NCBI GenBank assembly: GCA_046758705.1
Contig: JBHIAT010000110.1
Span: forward strand, 1 to 12,367
From: Candidatus Bipolaricaulia bacterium
Lineage (GTDB): Bacteria > Bipolaricaulota > Bipolaricaulia > JBHIAT01
Direction of reading: 5' to 3'
DNA: 12,367 nucleotides
Shown here: positions 1-8,416 of the stretch, one piece after another
How positions within the stretch are numbered: position 1 is the first letter of the stretch
How the letters are laid out: every line of letters begins with the position of its first letter
Program-made: the position numbers and the translations under genes
Notes under the pieces: generated by a model
Told to the model about the DNA's origin: nothing
Databases searched by the model: none
What the model saw: the letters and a program-made list of their open reading frames with translations, nothing else

Positions 1-650
1 GCCTTGTTCAATTAAGCATAAGTAGATCTCCTTGCAAGCGCCAGTTGTACCACCAGCAGTAAACCCACAGCCAGTTCTTTACCCGCCTGAGTTCCCAACT
101 CCGACTCGGACTCGGGTTGGGGAAGTAGCGGTCAAAGTCCTTCGCCCGTCGCTTGAGAAACTCCCCAAACCAACCTTCAATCGTATCGCGTTCCTTCCCC
201 CGGACCACCCGCCACTGCTTGATCTGTCCCAACTCAGCCAGTTCCACCGCATACCAGAGCCCCCCATCGGTGATCACCTCTTTGGGCCACTGGCCATAGA
301 TCTGGGCTAACTCTTGAAAGAACTGTCGGGTGTTCCCTCCACTCCGGTACCAGTAAGGCTTCACATAGATGATCCGTTGACTGTAGGGATCGATCGCTGT
401 ATAGATCCAGCAGGCTCTGCTTCCCACTTGGACCCGAGTCTCATCGACAACGATGGTCTCGGGTAGAGATCCGTGCCACGGGGTGAGTTTGCTCGCCGCA
501 GTCTGGAGCCAGTACCACATGGTGGTATGGGCGCGGACGACCCCATAGTGGCTCAGGCAAGCGCGGATGTGAACGGGCATCATTATCACCTCTTTCGAAT
601 GGTTCCATCTGTATCCTACACAGCTGGGTCCTCTTACTTTAAACAGGGCC
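1..650 (-). mobile_element. IS6-family insertion sequence (about 650 bp, short, possibly defective)
   Basis: Imperfect terminal inverted repeats: GCCTTGTTCAA at 1-11 (first G probably just outside the window) versus GGCCCTGTTTAA read inward from 650. These resemble IS6 ends (IS26 GGCACTGTTGCAAA). They enclose a DDE transposase ORF whose stop lies within the TIR. Confidence 0.8.
8..589 (-). CDS. IS6-family DDE transposase (N-terminus uncertain)
   Basis: IS6-like motifs GVVRAHTTMWYWLQ, VVDETRVQV, WIYTAIDP, VITDGGLWY, DTIEGWF: catalytic D-D-E present. Start may be GTG 589 or ATG 583/580 (GAGGTG just upstream). Confidence 0.85.
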   Translation of the reverse strand: MIMMPVHIRACLSHYGVVRAHTTMWYWLQTAASKLTPWHGSLPETIVVDETRVQVGSRACWIYTAIDPYSQRIIYVKPYWYRSGGNTRQFFQELAQIYGQWPKEVITDGGLWYAVELAELGQIKQWRVVRGKERDTIEGWFGEFLKRRAKDFDRYFPNPSPSRSWELRRVKNWLWVYCWWYNWRLQGDLLMLN

Positions 651-652
651 GC

Positions 653-1510
653 TTAATTGGTAACGTATGAATGTTCCAACTGTTTCTTAATCTCTTGGAG
701 CGCTTGATTCTTGAGCCGGGAGACGTGGCGCTGCGAGTAGCCAATCTCATCGCCGACCTCCTTCTGGGTCTTCCCTTCGTAGAACAGGCCTTGAATGACC
801 TTCTGCTGGATCTCAGACAGCTTCTCAATGACGATGGCGATCTTGATGCGATCCTCGATCGGGAGCTTGAAAGTTTCGTAGATCTTGCTGCGAATCTTGC
901 GGATGTCGATCCTCGGTCGCCCGTCAAGCCCCTGGCGCTTCTCGTCGAGGGAGACATAATACATGCTTTTCCGGGCTTTCATCACCTCGATGACCCCCTC
1001 CTCCTCGATGTTAAACGCCTTGGCCAGCTCGCCGGTTGTGGGGAGCTTCCCATTCTCTTTGAACAACTTCTCTTCGGTCCGTTTGACCCGCTCGTTGAGC
1101 CGCTGGAGCCAGCGGGGGACCCGGACGAAGCTCCGGGTCTTTCGGATGTAATGGCGGATCTCACCTCGGATGAGATGAGTGGCATAGGTGCTGAACTTGA
1201 CGCCGCGCTCCGGGTCGAAGTTATGGATGGCGTTGAGCAGGCCGATGCAGCCGGTCTGGACCAGATCCTCGTATGGCTCTCCGGAGTTCAAAAACCGTCT
1301 GGCGACTGCTTTGACCAGGCCGATGTTCTGCTCGATGATGAGCGTTTCGACTTCAGGGCTCTCGGAAAGCTCGTTGAGGAGCTCTTCGGTCGTCTTGGAA
1401 CGATCTTTCAGGGATGTGTCTTGGGTTTCAGCCACAGTCACACCAATCCCGTTCTCCCTGCGTTTCAAGATCTTGCTTCTTTGATCGTGGATGGTCTCTG
1501 TTGCTATCAT
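653..1510 (-). CDS. RNA polymerase sigma factor, SigB/SigF/SigG subfamily (sigma-70 group 3)
   Basis: Region 2 NIGLVKAVARRF...EDLVQTGCIGLLNAIHNFDPERGVKFSTYA...GEIRHYIR; VRVPRWLQ; region 3 LPTTGELAKAF; region 4 HTH TQKEVGDEIGYSQRHVSRL. GAGGTG Shine-Dalgarno (SD) before the ATG. Confidence 0.93.
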   Translation of the reverse strand: MIATETIHDQRSKILKRRENGIGVTVAETQDTSLKDRSKTTEELLNELSESPEVETLIIEQNIGLVKAVARRFLNSGEPYEDLVQTGCIGLLNAIHNFDPERGVKFSTYATHLIRGEIRHYIRKTRSFVRVPRWLQRLNERVKRTEEKLFKENGKLPTTGELAKAFNIEEEGVIEVMKARKSMYYVSLDEKRQGLDGRPRIDIRKIRSKIYETFKLPIEDRIKIAIVIEKLSEIQQKVIQGLFYEGKTQKEVGDEIGYSQRHVSRLKNQALQEIKKQLEHSYVTN

Positions 1511-1695
1511 CGGTTACACCTCACTGACGGTATAGGTATATGTGATTGCTTAGTCCCCGTCTCGATGTTTCTCCTCATCGACCCGTTAACTTTCATTCCA
1601 CCTAAAAGTTTAACCGGGCGTCTATGGAGGTACCATAGCAGGTTGTTGAATCTTTTTTGCAAAGAAGCTGGAAATTGTATGGAAAAGGCAGGCGA

Positions 1696-2376
1696 TCAAG
1701 CGGCCAGCTTATACCCGAAGCCTCGGACGGTCAAGATCAGCTGCGGGGTTTTCGGGTTTTCTTCGAGTTTCGCGCGCAATAGATAGATGTACTTATTTAC
1801 ATCGCTGGAAGAGATCAGATGCTTGTTGTGCCAGACCTCTTGAATGATCTCCCTGTGGGAAAACACTCTACTGGGATCGCTGGCCAACAGCTTCAGCAAC
1901 TCATATTCTTTGGGCGAGAGTCGGATCGTCCGTCCGCAGCGTTGAACTTCCTTCACGTTATCGTCGATGGTCAAGTCACCCACTTGTAAGACCTTCGGTT
2001 GGGTGGGACCTTGGTAGCGGCGCATCACCGCCGTGATCCGGGCTTCCAGCTCTCCCAAATCGAACGGTTTCGCGATATAGTCATCCGCCCCGGAGAGCAG
2101 GCCTTTGGCGGTATCCGTTGGCGTATCCTGGCCGGTTAGCATGATGATCGGCACCTGACTGGATTCACGGATCTTGGCGAGCACCTCCCAACCATCTATG
2201 ATGCCCGGCATGACCACATCCAGGATCACCAGATCGGGCTGCTCGTTTGCGAAGAGTGTCAGGGCTTCTGGACCGTTCGTCGCCGTGAGTACCTCTCGAT
2301 CCCGAGTCACAAGGAAACGTTTCAGTAAGTTTAATATCTCTGACTCATCATCGACGACCAGCACTTTCATTTTCAT
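1696..2376 (-). CDS. OmpR/PhoB-family DNA-binding response regulator
   Basis: Receiver VLVVDDE...LVILDVVMP...GADDYIAKPF; winged-helix LSPKEYELLKLL...LRAKLE...ILTVRGFGYKL. ATGA overlap with the upstream kinase stop (2373-2376). Confidence 0.95.
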   Translation of the reverse strand: MKMKVLVVDDESEILNLLKRFLVTRDREVLTATNGPEALTLFANEQPDLVILDVVMPGIIDGWEVLAKIRESSQVPIIMLTGQDTPTDTAKGLLSGADDYIAKPFDLGELEARITAVMRRYQGPTQPKVLQVGDLTIDDNVKEVQRCGRTIRLSPKEYELLKLLASDPSRVFSHREIIQEVWHNKHLISSSDVNKYIYLLRAKLEENPKTPQLILTVRGFGYKLAA

Positions 2377-4064
2377 TGCGTTGTCTCGTCAAGAATCTCT
2401 CGCACCTTGCGCAGCAGCTCATCGGAGCTGTAGGGCTTCTGGATCAGTTGCAAGCCTCCTTCCAGGACGAAGTCGGGGCGGATGTGGGCACTGTACCCGC
2501 TGCTGAACAGGACACGCACTTCCGGTTTAATGACCCTGATCCGATCGTAGACTTCGCGTCCACTCCGTTTCGGCATCACCACGTCTAGCAACGCCAGGGC
2601 AATGGTGTCAGCATTTGCCTCAAACACGTTTACTGCCTCCTCGCCGTCCGTCACGGTGAGCACCGCATAGCCCGCTTGTTCCAAAACGCGGACGGTGAGA
2701 TCTCGAACTATCTCCTCATCTTCAGCAATGAGGATCGTTTCCAGGCCTCCCGAAGGCAGGACGGCGATGTTCTCACCACCGGTCTCCGCAGGGCACTCGA
2801 CAGCAGGCAGATATATCTTGAACGTGGTGCCCTGTCGCGGCTTGCTATAGACGTCGATGTACCCGTTGTGTTGCTTGACGATGCCGTAAACCATTGACAG
2901 CCCCAGGCCGGTGCCCTCGCCCTCCTCCTTGGTGGTGAAGAAGGGTTCGAAGATGTGCTCCAGAATCTCTGGCGGCATGCCGTCCCCCGTGTCGGTCAGG
3001 GTAAGGAGTATATGTCGTCCCGGCTTAGCCCAAGGGTGGGTTTCGAGGTAAGCGCTGTTGATCAAGACGTTCTCGGTCTCGATGATGAGCTTGCCCCCGT
3101 TCGGCATGGCGTCGCGGGCATTGATGCACAGGTTCACCAGCATCTGCTCGATTTGCCCCGGGTCGACATGGACAGTGTCGAGGTCGTAGCCCGGGATCAC
3201 GTTTAGTTCGATGTGCTCCCCGATGACGCGGTGTAGCATCTTCACCAGATCGGCTATCACCTGGTTCAGGTCGAGATCCACAGGTTGCAGCACCTGGCGT
3301 CGGCCGAAGGCCAGGAGTTGGCGGGTCAGCGCGGTGGCTCTCTTGGCTGCTTTGTGGACCTGTTCCAAGTCTTTGTAGCGCTTCTCCTCCGGCGAAAAGC
3401 CGTCCATGGCCAACTGGGTGTAGCCCAGGATGGCTTGCAACAGGTTGTTGAAGTCGTGGGCCACACCACCGGCCAACTGGCCGATGGCCTCCATCTTCTG
3501 TGCCTGACGAAGCTGGGCTTCAAGCTCCACTTTCTCCAGCTCCGCCTGCTTGCGCTCGGTGATCTCGCGTTGTAACGCTTCATTGCTCGCGCGCAGCTCA
3601 GTGGTGCGCTCTTCCACATGCTGTTCCAACTCGGTATAGGCTCGATGCAACGCTTCCTCTAGCCGCTTGCGCTCAATAGAATAGCGTATGATGCGTACCA
3701 GCAGATTGCCATCCAACTGCCTCTTGACCAGATAATCCTGCGCACCCGCCCGTATCGCCTTCACCGCTAGTGCCTCATCGTCGAGACCGGTCAGTACCAC
3801 AATCGGTACGTTTGACGCCCGAGTGTACACTTTGGTGAACGTGTCAAGTCCTTGGTTGCCCGGCAACGAGAGATCCAACAGGACCACGTCGATGTCTCCC
3901 GCGGCTAGGCGCTCCAGCCCGGTCGAGAGCCGGTCGACATGCACGAGCTCAAGCGTCGAGGTGACTGAGTGAGTCGCCTCCACATCAGCCAACATTTCCT
4001 TGATCAATTGGACATCTGCAGGGTTGTCTTCGATCAATAAGACTTCTATACGTTTATTGTCCAT
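2373..4064 (-). CDS. Soluble hybrid histidine kinase (REC - coiled coil - HisKA - HATPase - REC)
   Basis: N-terminal REC ([24 protein letters not shown]); H-box [13 protein letters not shown]-box [12 protein letters not shown] boxes [22 protein letters not shown]-terminal REC ([20 protein letters not shown]). GGAGAA before the ATG. No transmembrane segment. Confidence 0.95.
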   Translation of the reverse strand: MDNKRIEVLLIEDNPADVQLIKEMLADVEATHSVTSTLELVHVDRLSTGLERLAAGDIDVVLLDLSLPGNQGLDTFTKVYTRASNVPIVVLTGLDDEALAVKAIRAGAQDYLVKRQLDGNLLVRIIRYSIERKRLEEALHRAYTELEQHVEERTTELRASNEALQREITERKQAELEKVELEAQLRQAQKMEAIGQLAGGVAHDFNNLLQAILGYTQLAMDGFSPEEKRYKDLEQVHKAAKRATALTRQLLAFGRRQVLQPVDLDLNQVIADLVKMLHRVIGEHIELNVIPGYDLDTVHVDPGQIEQMLVNLCINARDAMPNGGKLIIETENVLINSAYLETHPWAKPGRHILLTLTDTGDGMPPEILEHIFEPFFTTKEEGEGTGLGLSMVYGIVKQHNGYIDVYSKPRQGTTFKIYLPAVECPAETGGENIAVLPSGGLETILIAEDEEIVRDLTVRVLEQAGYAVLTVTDGEEAVNVFEANADTIALALLDVVMPKRSGREVYDRIRVIKPEVRVLFSSGYSAHIRPDFVLEGGLQLIQKPYSSDELLRKVREILDETTQ

Positions 4065-4164
4065 TTCTCCACAACCGATGGCGTTGCGGAACAGTTGCTC
4101 CCAGCTTTCCTTTCAGATCCGCGCCTTTGAGATTCCTTGGTTATTGTTCCACAAAAATCGAGGT

Positions 4165-4193
4165 CTTATACTGGATCTGTCATTACATGTCAG
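4165..4193 (-). promoter_or_regulatory. Putative sigma-70 promoter for the hybrid kinase/OmpR pair
   Basis: CTGACA-17 nt-TATAAG on the minus strand, about 100 nt upstream of the 4064 start. Confidence 0.45.
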
Positions 4194-4220
4194 ATTCCGA
4201 CAAAGTCAGGTCAGGTTTAT

Positions 4221-4260
4221 AACTTTTAAACTTGTGAACCTTTCAACTTTTCAACTGTTT
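4221..4260. repeat. Five degenerate tandem octamers (AACTTTTC-like)
   Basis: AACTTTTA AACTTGTG AACCTTTC AACTTTTC AACTGTTT; invariant AAC every 8 bp. Confidence 0.75.
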
Positions 4261-4939
4261 ATGCCAGGCCGTGACGCACCGCCCACACCGCCGCCTGGAC
4301 GCGGTCGGAGACGTGGAGTTTTTCGATGATGTGCTCGACATGGGTCTTGATAGTACTGAGGCTGAGGTCGAGCACCTCGGCGATCTCGTTGTTGTTTAAT
4401 CCCTCTGCGATAAGCCTCAGCACGTCCCGCTCCCGGTCGGTCAACAAGGTCTGTGGCAACTCGGTGTTGACGGGATCGATCTCCGTCCTCCCACGGGCCA
4501 GCCGTTCGATGACTCCTTTGAGCATTGACCGATCGATGAGGGACTCCCCATCATGGACCCGGCGAATGGCATCGATGAGCTCACTCCGGGAGATCCCCTT
4601 AAGTAGATACCCGGCCGCGCCGGAGGCGACCGCCTGCAACAGGTAACTGGGATCGTCGTAGGTAGAGATCATGATTGCGGTGATCGCCGGGTTCTCTGCC
4701 TTGATCGCTCTCAGCGCATTCAAGCCGTCCATCTCCGGCATGCGGACATCCATTAAGATGATATCCGGTGTCAGTCGATTGGCTTTGTCGGCTGTCTCGC
4801 GACCGTCGGCAGCCTCCCCGACGACGCGAATCCCTTCCATATCAAGCATGAGCCGGAGCCCGGCTCGAACCATCGGATGATCATCAGCGATCAGAACGGT
4901 AATCTCACCGTTCGGTTGACCATCTTGATTCTTTGCCAT
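4259..4939 (-). CDS. NarL/FixJ (LuxR-HTH) family response regulator
   Basis: VLIADDHPMVRAGL, IILMDVRMPEMDG, GAAGYLLK; LuxR HTH LTDRERDVLRLIAEGLNNNEIAEVLDLSLSTIKTHV. AAGGAGG SD. Confidence 0.96.
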   Translation of the reverse strand: MAKNQDGQPNGEITVLIADDHPMVRAGLRLMLDMEGIRVVGEAADGRETADKANRLTPDIILMDVRMPEMDGLNALRAIKAENPAITAIMISTYDDPSYLLQAVASGAAGYLLKGISRSELIDAIRRVHDGESLIDRSMLKGVIERLARGRTEIDPVNTELPQTLLTDRERDVLRLIAEGLNNNEIAEVLDLSLSTIKTHVEHIIEKLHVSDRVQAAVWAVRHGLA

Positions 4940-4952
4940 TTTGCCCCTCCTT

Positions 4953-7142
4953 CTATCCCCGCCTCAGGGGGATCTCGGCCCGGACGGTCGTCCCCTGGCC
5001 GGGAGCGCTTTCGATTGTAAACCGGCCGCCCAACAGGTTGGCCCGCTCCTGCATCGCGATCAACCCCAGTGGCTTCCGTTTCTGCTCGTCGGCTGGGTGG
5101 GGCTGTTTCGGATCGAATCCGATCCCCCAGTCTTGCACTTCGACGTTCAGGTGACTCGGTCGCCGCTCGATCGCCACCTGCACCTGGTCCGTCGCGGCAT
5201 GTTTTTTAGCGTTGGTCAGAGCTTCCTGTATGATCCGGTAGACGACCACCTCCACCGCTGGATCGAACCGCACCTCCCCCAGGTTCTCCTCGAACGCCAC
5301 CTGCCAGCCGGTCTCCTGCTGGAGGTTGTCCAACTGGTCTTGGATCGCAGGGATCAGGCCGAGATCATCCAGGGCGGAGGGTCGAAGCGCCACGACGATC
5401 CGCCGCGCTTCGGTGATGGCCTGCTCCAGCTGGCTGAGTCCCTCCTCCAGCACTGTCTGTACTTCCTTTGGGGTGTTTGATCCCAGCTTGTCGAGTCCGG
5501 TATTGAGATACATGCTGGCGCTGATGATAAGCTGGATGAGGTCGTCATGAATGTCGTAGGCAACCAGCCGTCGTTCCTCCTCCTGGACTTGGATCAATCG
5601 ATTGACGAACGAGCGGAGCTGCTCCTCCTTCGTCCTCAGGGTATCGTAGAGTTGAGCACTCTCGATGGCCATGCCGATCTGATGTCCGATGGCCATCAAT
5701 AACTGAACCTCCTCTTCCGTAAACAGACGGGCCGTACGGTCGCCCAGGAATAACACACCAATGGATCGATCTTTCGATTTCAACGGGATGATCACCCCGG
5801 ATTGCAGTCCCTCTTTCTTGAAGAGCTCTCGATGGACAAGTCGGGGATCCTCAATGAGGTTCTGGATCACGAGCGGTTGCCCGGACTGGGCGACTCTGCC
5901 AGCCCCCCCTTCGCCCAATTTGAATCTCTTCTTTGCAAATGTCTCGATCGATTCAGGAGATAACCCCTGGTAAGTGGCAAGGACGAGCTCCTGGTTGCTC
6001 TCATCCATCAGGCGTATCGTGCTGCACTCTGTGTTTATCAATTCCATCGCCCCGTCCAGAGCTTCATGGAGAACGACATCCAGATCGAGGGAACCACTCA
6101 CCGTGCTCGCGACGACGTATAAGGTGGCTAACTCCAGGTTGCGTTGTTGAAGCTCCTGCAGCGAGTTCTCCTGCTCTTCAGACATCCGGGCATTCTTAAT
6201 TGCCAGGATGGTCTGATCCTGGATCTCCTCGATCAACCTCAAGTCTTCCTCGCCGAAGGCGTCCGCCTCGATCTTGTTGTTGATGCTAAAGTACCCTACC
6301 ATCTCTCCGTCGATGTGCACTGGGATGATGATCGACGATTTCGGATATCCCGCCTCTTTGAACTTCTCCACTATCTCAGGATTCTGATGCCGCTTGTCCA
6401 GCGCTTCAATTTCCTCACCGCTGACGATCGTCGGCTTATCTTGTCCCAGCATCGCCGGGATCGTTTGAGTGCGGGAGAAACGAATCTGTTTCAGCGTTTC
6501 CAAGTCCCAACCACGGGCTGCACGGAACTCGAAAACGTTCTCCTGTTCGTTCAGTATCACGAATGAGCCACCGTCAGCGTTGGGGATCATGTCGATCACT
6601 TGCTCTAAGATAACGTTCATCAACTCTTCCAGGTTGGAGGTCTCATTCATCACCCTCATGAACCGGTTGACACTCCTGATCCGATTCTCGGCCCGCTTGC
6701 GCTCGGTGATGTCAGTGTGAACTCCTATCGAACCGATAATAGCACCCTGTTCATCTACGATCGGAGCCCCGCCAATTTGAAGCCAGACTATCTCCCCCGA
6801 CCTCTTCTTCACCTGAATTTCATACCGGTCGGAGATTCCTTGCGTACGGAGATAATTCCTTTCTCTCATAAAGTTTCGATCCTCTTCCCGCAAAAATAGC
6901 TTGGACGCGTCCTTGCCGAGAAGTTCATCTCGGGAATAACCGACCATATCGCAAAATCGGTCGTTGACAAACTGAATGACATCATCGTTATCCACCTGTA
7001 ACAACCCTTCGCTCATCCTTTCGATCAATGTGCGGTATTTTAGTTCACTCTCCTGCAGCGCCTCCTCTACCTGCTTGCGCTGGATTTCTGCGGTTTCCAA
7101 TTCATCTATCAGCTGATCTTTTGTCCTATCTTTATCTTTCAT
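4953..7142 (-). CDS. Soluble PAS-GAF-GAF sensor histidine kinase, HisKA_3 (NarX/UhpB/DesK) class
   Basis: PAS/PAC (EGLLQVD...FVNDRFCDMVGYSRDELLG...DITERK); two GAF domains (FGEEDLRLI; FTEEEVQLLMAIGHQIGMAIE); EEERRLVAYDIHD; QEALTNAKKHA, DWGIGF, GLIAMQERA. Start placed at 7142 (MKDKDRTKDQLIDEL) rather than 7196 because a promoter-like motif lies between them. Confidence 0.93.
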   Translation of the reverse strand: MKDKDRTKDQLIDELETAEIQRKQVEEALQESELKYRTLIERMSEGLLQVDNDDVIQFVNDRFCDMVGYSRDELLGKDASKLFLREEDRNFMRERNYLRTQGISDRYEIQVKKRSGEIVWLQIGGAPIVDEQGAIIGSIGVHTDITERKRAENRIRSVNRFMRVMNETSNLEELMNVILEQVIDMIPNADGGSFVILNEQENVFEFRAARGWDLETLKQIRFSRTQTIPAMLGQDKPTIVSGEEIEALDKRHQNPEIVEKFKEAGYPKSSIIIPVHIDGEMVGYFSINNKIEADAFGEEDLRLIEEIQDQTILAIKNARMSEEQENSLQELQQRNLELATLYVVASTVSGSLDLDVVLHEALDGAMELINTECSTIRLMDESNQELVLATYQGLSPESIETFAKKRFKLGEGGAGRVAQSGQPLVIQNLIEDPRLVHRELFKKEGLQSGVIIPLKSKDRSIGVLFLGDRTARLFTEEEVQLLMAIGHQIGMAIESAQLYDTLRTKEEQLRSFVNRLIQVQEEERRLVAYDIHDDLIQLIISASMYLNTGLDKLGSNTPKEVQTVLEEGLSQLEQAITEARRIVVALRPSALDDLGLIPAIQDQLDNLQQETGWQVAFEENLGEVRFDPAVEVVVYRIIQEALTNAKKHAATDQVQVAIERRPSHLNVEVQDWGIGFDPKQPHPADEQKRKPLGLIAMQERANLLGGRFTIESAPGQGTTVRAEIPLRRG

Positions 7143-7160
7143 CTCTGAATGCTTGTCATC

Positions 7161-7189
7161 ATAATATCCTGTGCTGGAACGTGTATCAA
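7161..7189 (-). promoter_or_regulatory. Putative sigma-70 promoter for the kinase/NarL pair
   Basis: TTGATA-17 nt-TATTAT on the minus strand (5/6 match in each box), 18 nt upstream of ATG 7142. Confidence 0.55.
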
Positions 7190-7262
7190 ATTGCATTACG
7201 AATACGAAAATAATGGGATTGGGTTCAGCCCACGGTGTGACTCGGGATTCAAGCCGTGCTTG

Positions 7263-8168
7263 TCAGTCTCGATCGAGCGTATACGCGCTAACCCGATTGC
7301 GACCTTCTTCCTTCGCCTGGTACATGGCGCGATCAGCGCAGGTGAGCAGCGCTTCTGCTTCGGTACCATGCTCAGGAAACCGGGCAATGCCGATACTGGT
7401 GGTGATACGAATGAGTCGCTCACCGATCACGACGGTGTGACGGTGTATCTCCTCAAGAATATGGATGGCGGCGGTGTTTGCCTGCTCCGCATCGGTATGC
7501 GGCATGAGGATGACGAACTCGTCTCCGCCCAGGCGGGCCAGAATGTCGCTCTCCCTCAGTCGTTCCTGTAGCAAGTCAGCTAAGTGCGCAAGCAGTTCAT
7601 CTCCCACCCGGTGGCCGAGGCTGTCGTTGACCTCCTTTAAATGGTCCAGATCCAGCCACAATAGAGCCCCCTGGGTCCCGTAGCGCCGTGCCTGCGTGAG
7701 CTGGTGCTCCAATGCCTCCTCGAAATGGCGACGGTTGAAGAGTCCGGTAAGGGGGTCACAGCGCGCCAACTGGACCAGTTGCGCTTCAAAGCGCTTGCGC
7801 TCTTCGAGCAAGTCGCGCAGCCGCCCGATTACAGCGCCGATCAGCACTACGGTGGCGGAGCTAAACGCACCACCTATCACGTTCCAATCTGTTCCCCCGG
7901 TCAGGTCCAGAAGCAACGTGTTCAGTGAAAAGACGAGCAAACCGGTGAGTATCCCGGCCCACATCCCCAAAAACCAGCCAGCCACCGTCACCGACAGCAA
8001 GGACAGAGCCGGCACCCCAGCCCCCAGAGGGCGGTGGAGCAGTCCGAATGCCAATGCGTACGCCACCAGGTTGCCCCCCAGGGCGAGCGCCACCCGCACT
8101 TGGTAAGACAGCGCATCGAATAACCCTACGGCCTTAGATTCATACTCCGTTCTGCTGAGTTTGCTCAT
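7263..8168 (-). CDS. Membrane-anchored diguanylate cyclase (GGDEF domain)
   Basis: Hydrophobic N-terminal region of about 4 helices; DPLTGLFNRR, DLDHLKEVNDSLGHRVGD, I-site RESD, intact RLGGDEF, ADRAMYQAKEEGRN. Confidence 0.95.
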   Translation of the reverse strand: MSKLSRTEYESKAVGLFDALSYQVRVALALGGNLVAYALAFGLLHRPLGAGVPALSLLSVTVAGWFLGMWAGILTGLLVFSLNTLLLDLTGGTDWNVIGGAFSSATVVLIGAVIGRLRDLLEERKRFEAQLVQLARCDPLTGLFNRRHFEEALEHQLTQARRYGTQGALLWLDLDHLKEVNDSLGHRVGDELLAHLADLLQERLRESDILARLGGDEFVILMPHTDAEQANTAAIHILEEIHRHTVVIGERLIRITTSIGIARFPEHGTEAEALLTCADRAMYQAKEEGRNRVSAYTLDRD

Positions 8169-8416
8169 CGTGCTAAGTATAATAACGCATCATCTTTCTT
8201 GGATTTGGAAGTGATCCTTGGTCCGAGAGACGTGGCGCGGCCGTCGATCTGTGTGACACAGACGAGCGGTGAGAGGTTTACCCGTTGAGTGGGTTGTTAT
8301 CAAAGATCATCTCCTTCGAGTTCCAATAATGATTGTACCCGAGCACCCGCGAATCGAGAACGTTGGGTTCGCTGTGAATCCGCGTCTCCTTCGCCGCTCT
8401 CCTCTCCCGTCTGTTT

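Noticed and set aside
9..659. CAATTAAGC (9-17) is the reverse complement of GCTTAATTG (651-659)
   Set aside because: One copy is inside the IS end and the other outside, and they are inverted, so this is neither TIR nor target duplication; probably coincidence.
671..1786. 371-aa plus-strand ORF and other long antisense ORFs (4941-5480, 8289-8756, 11689-12312)
   Set aside because: Shadows of clear genes on the opposite strand in GC-rich DNA; no recognisable motifs.
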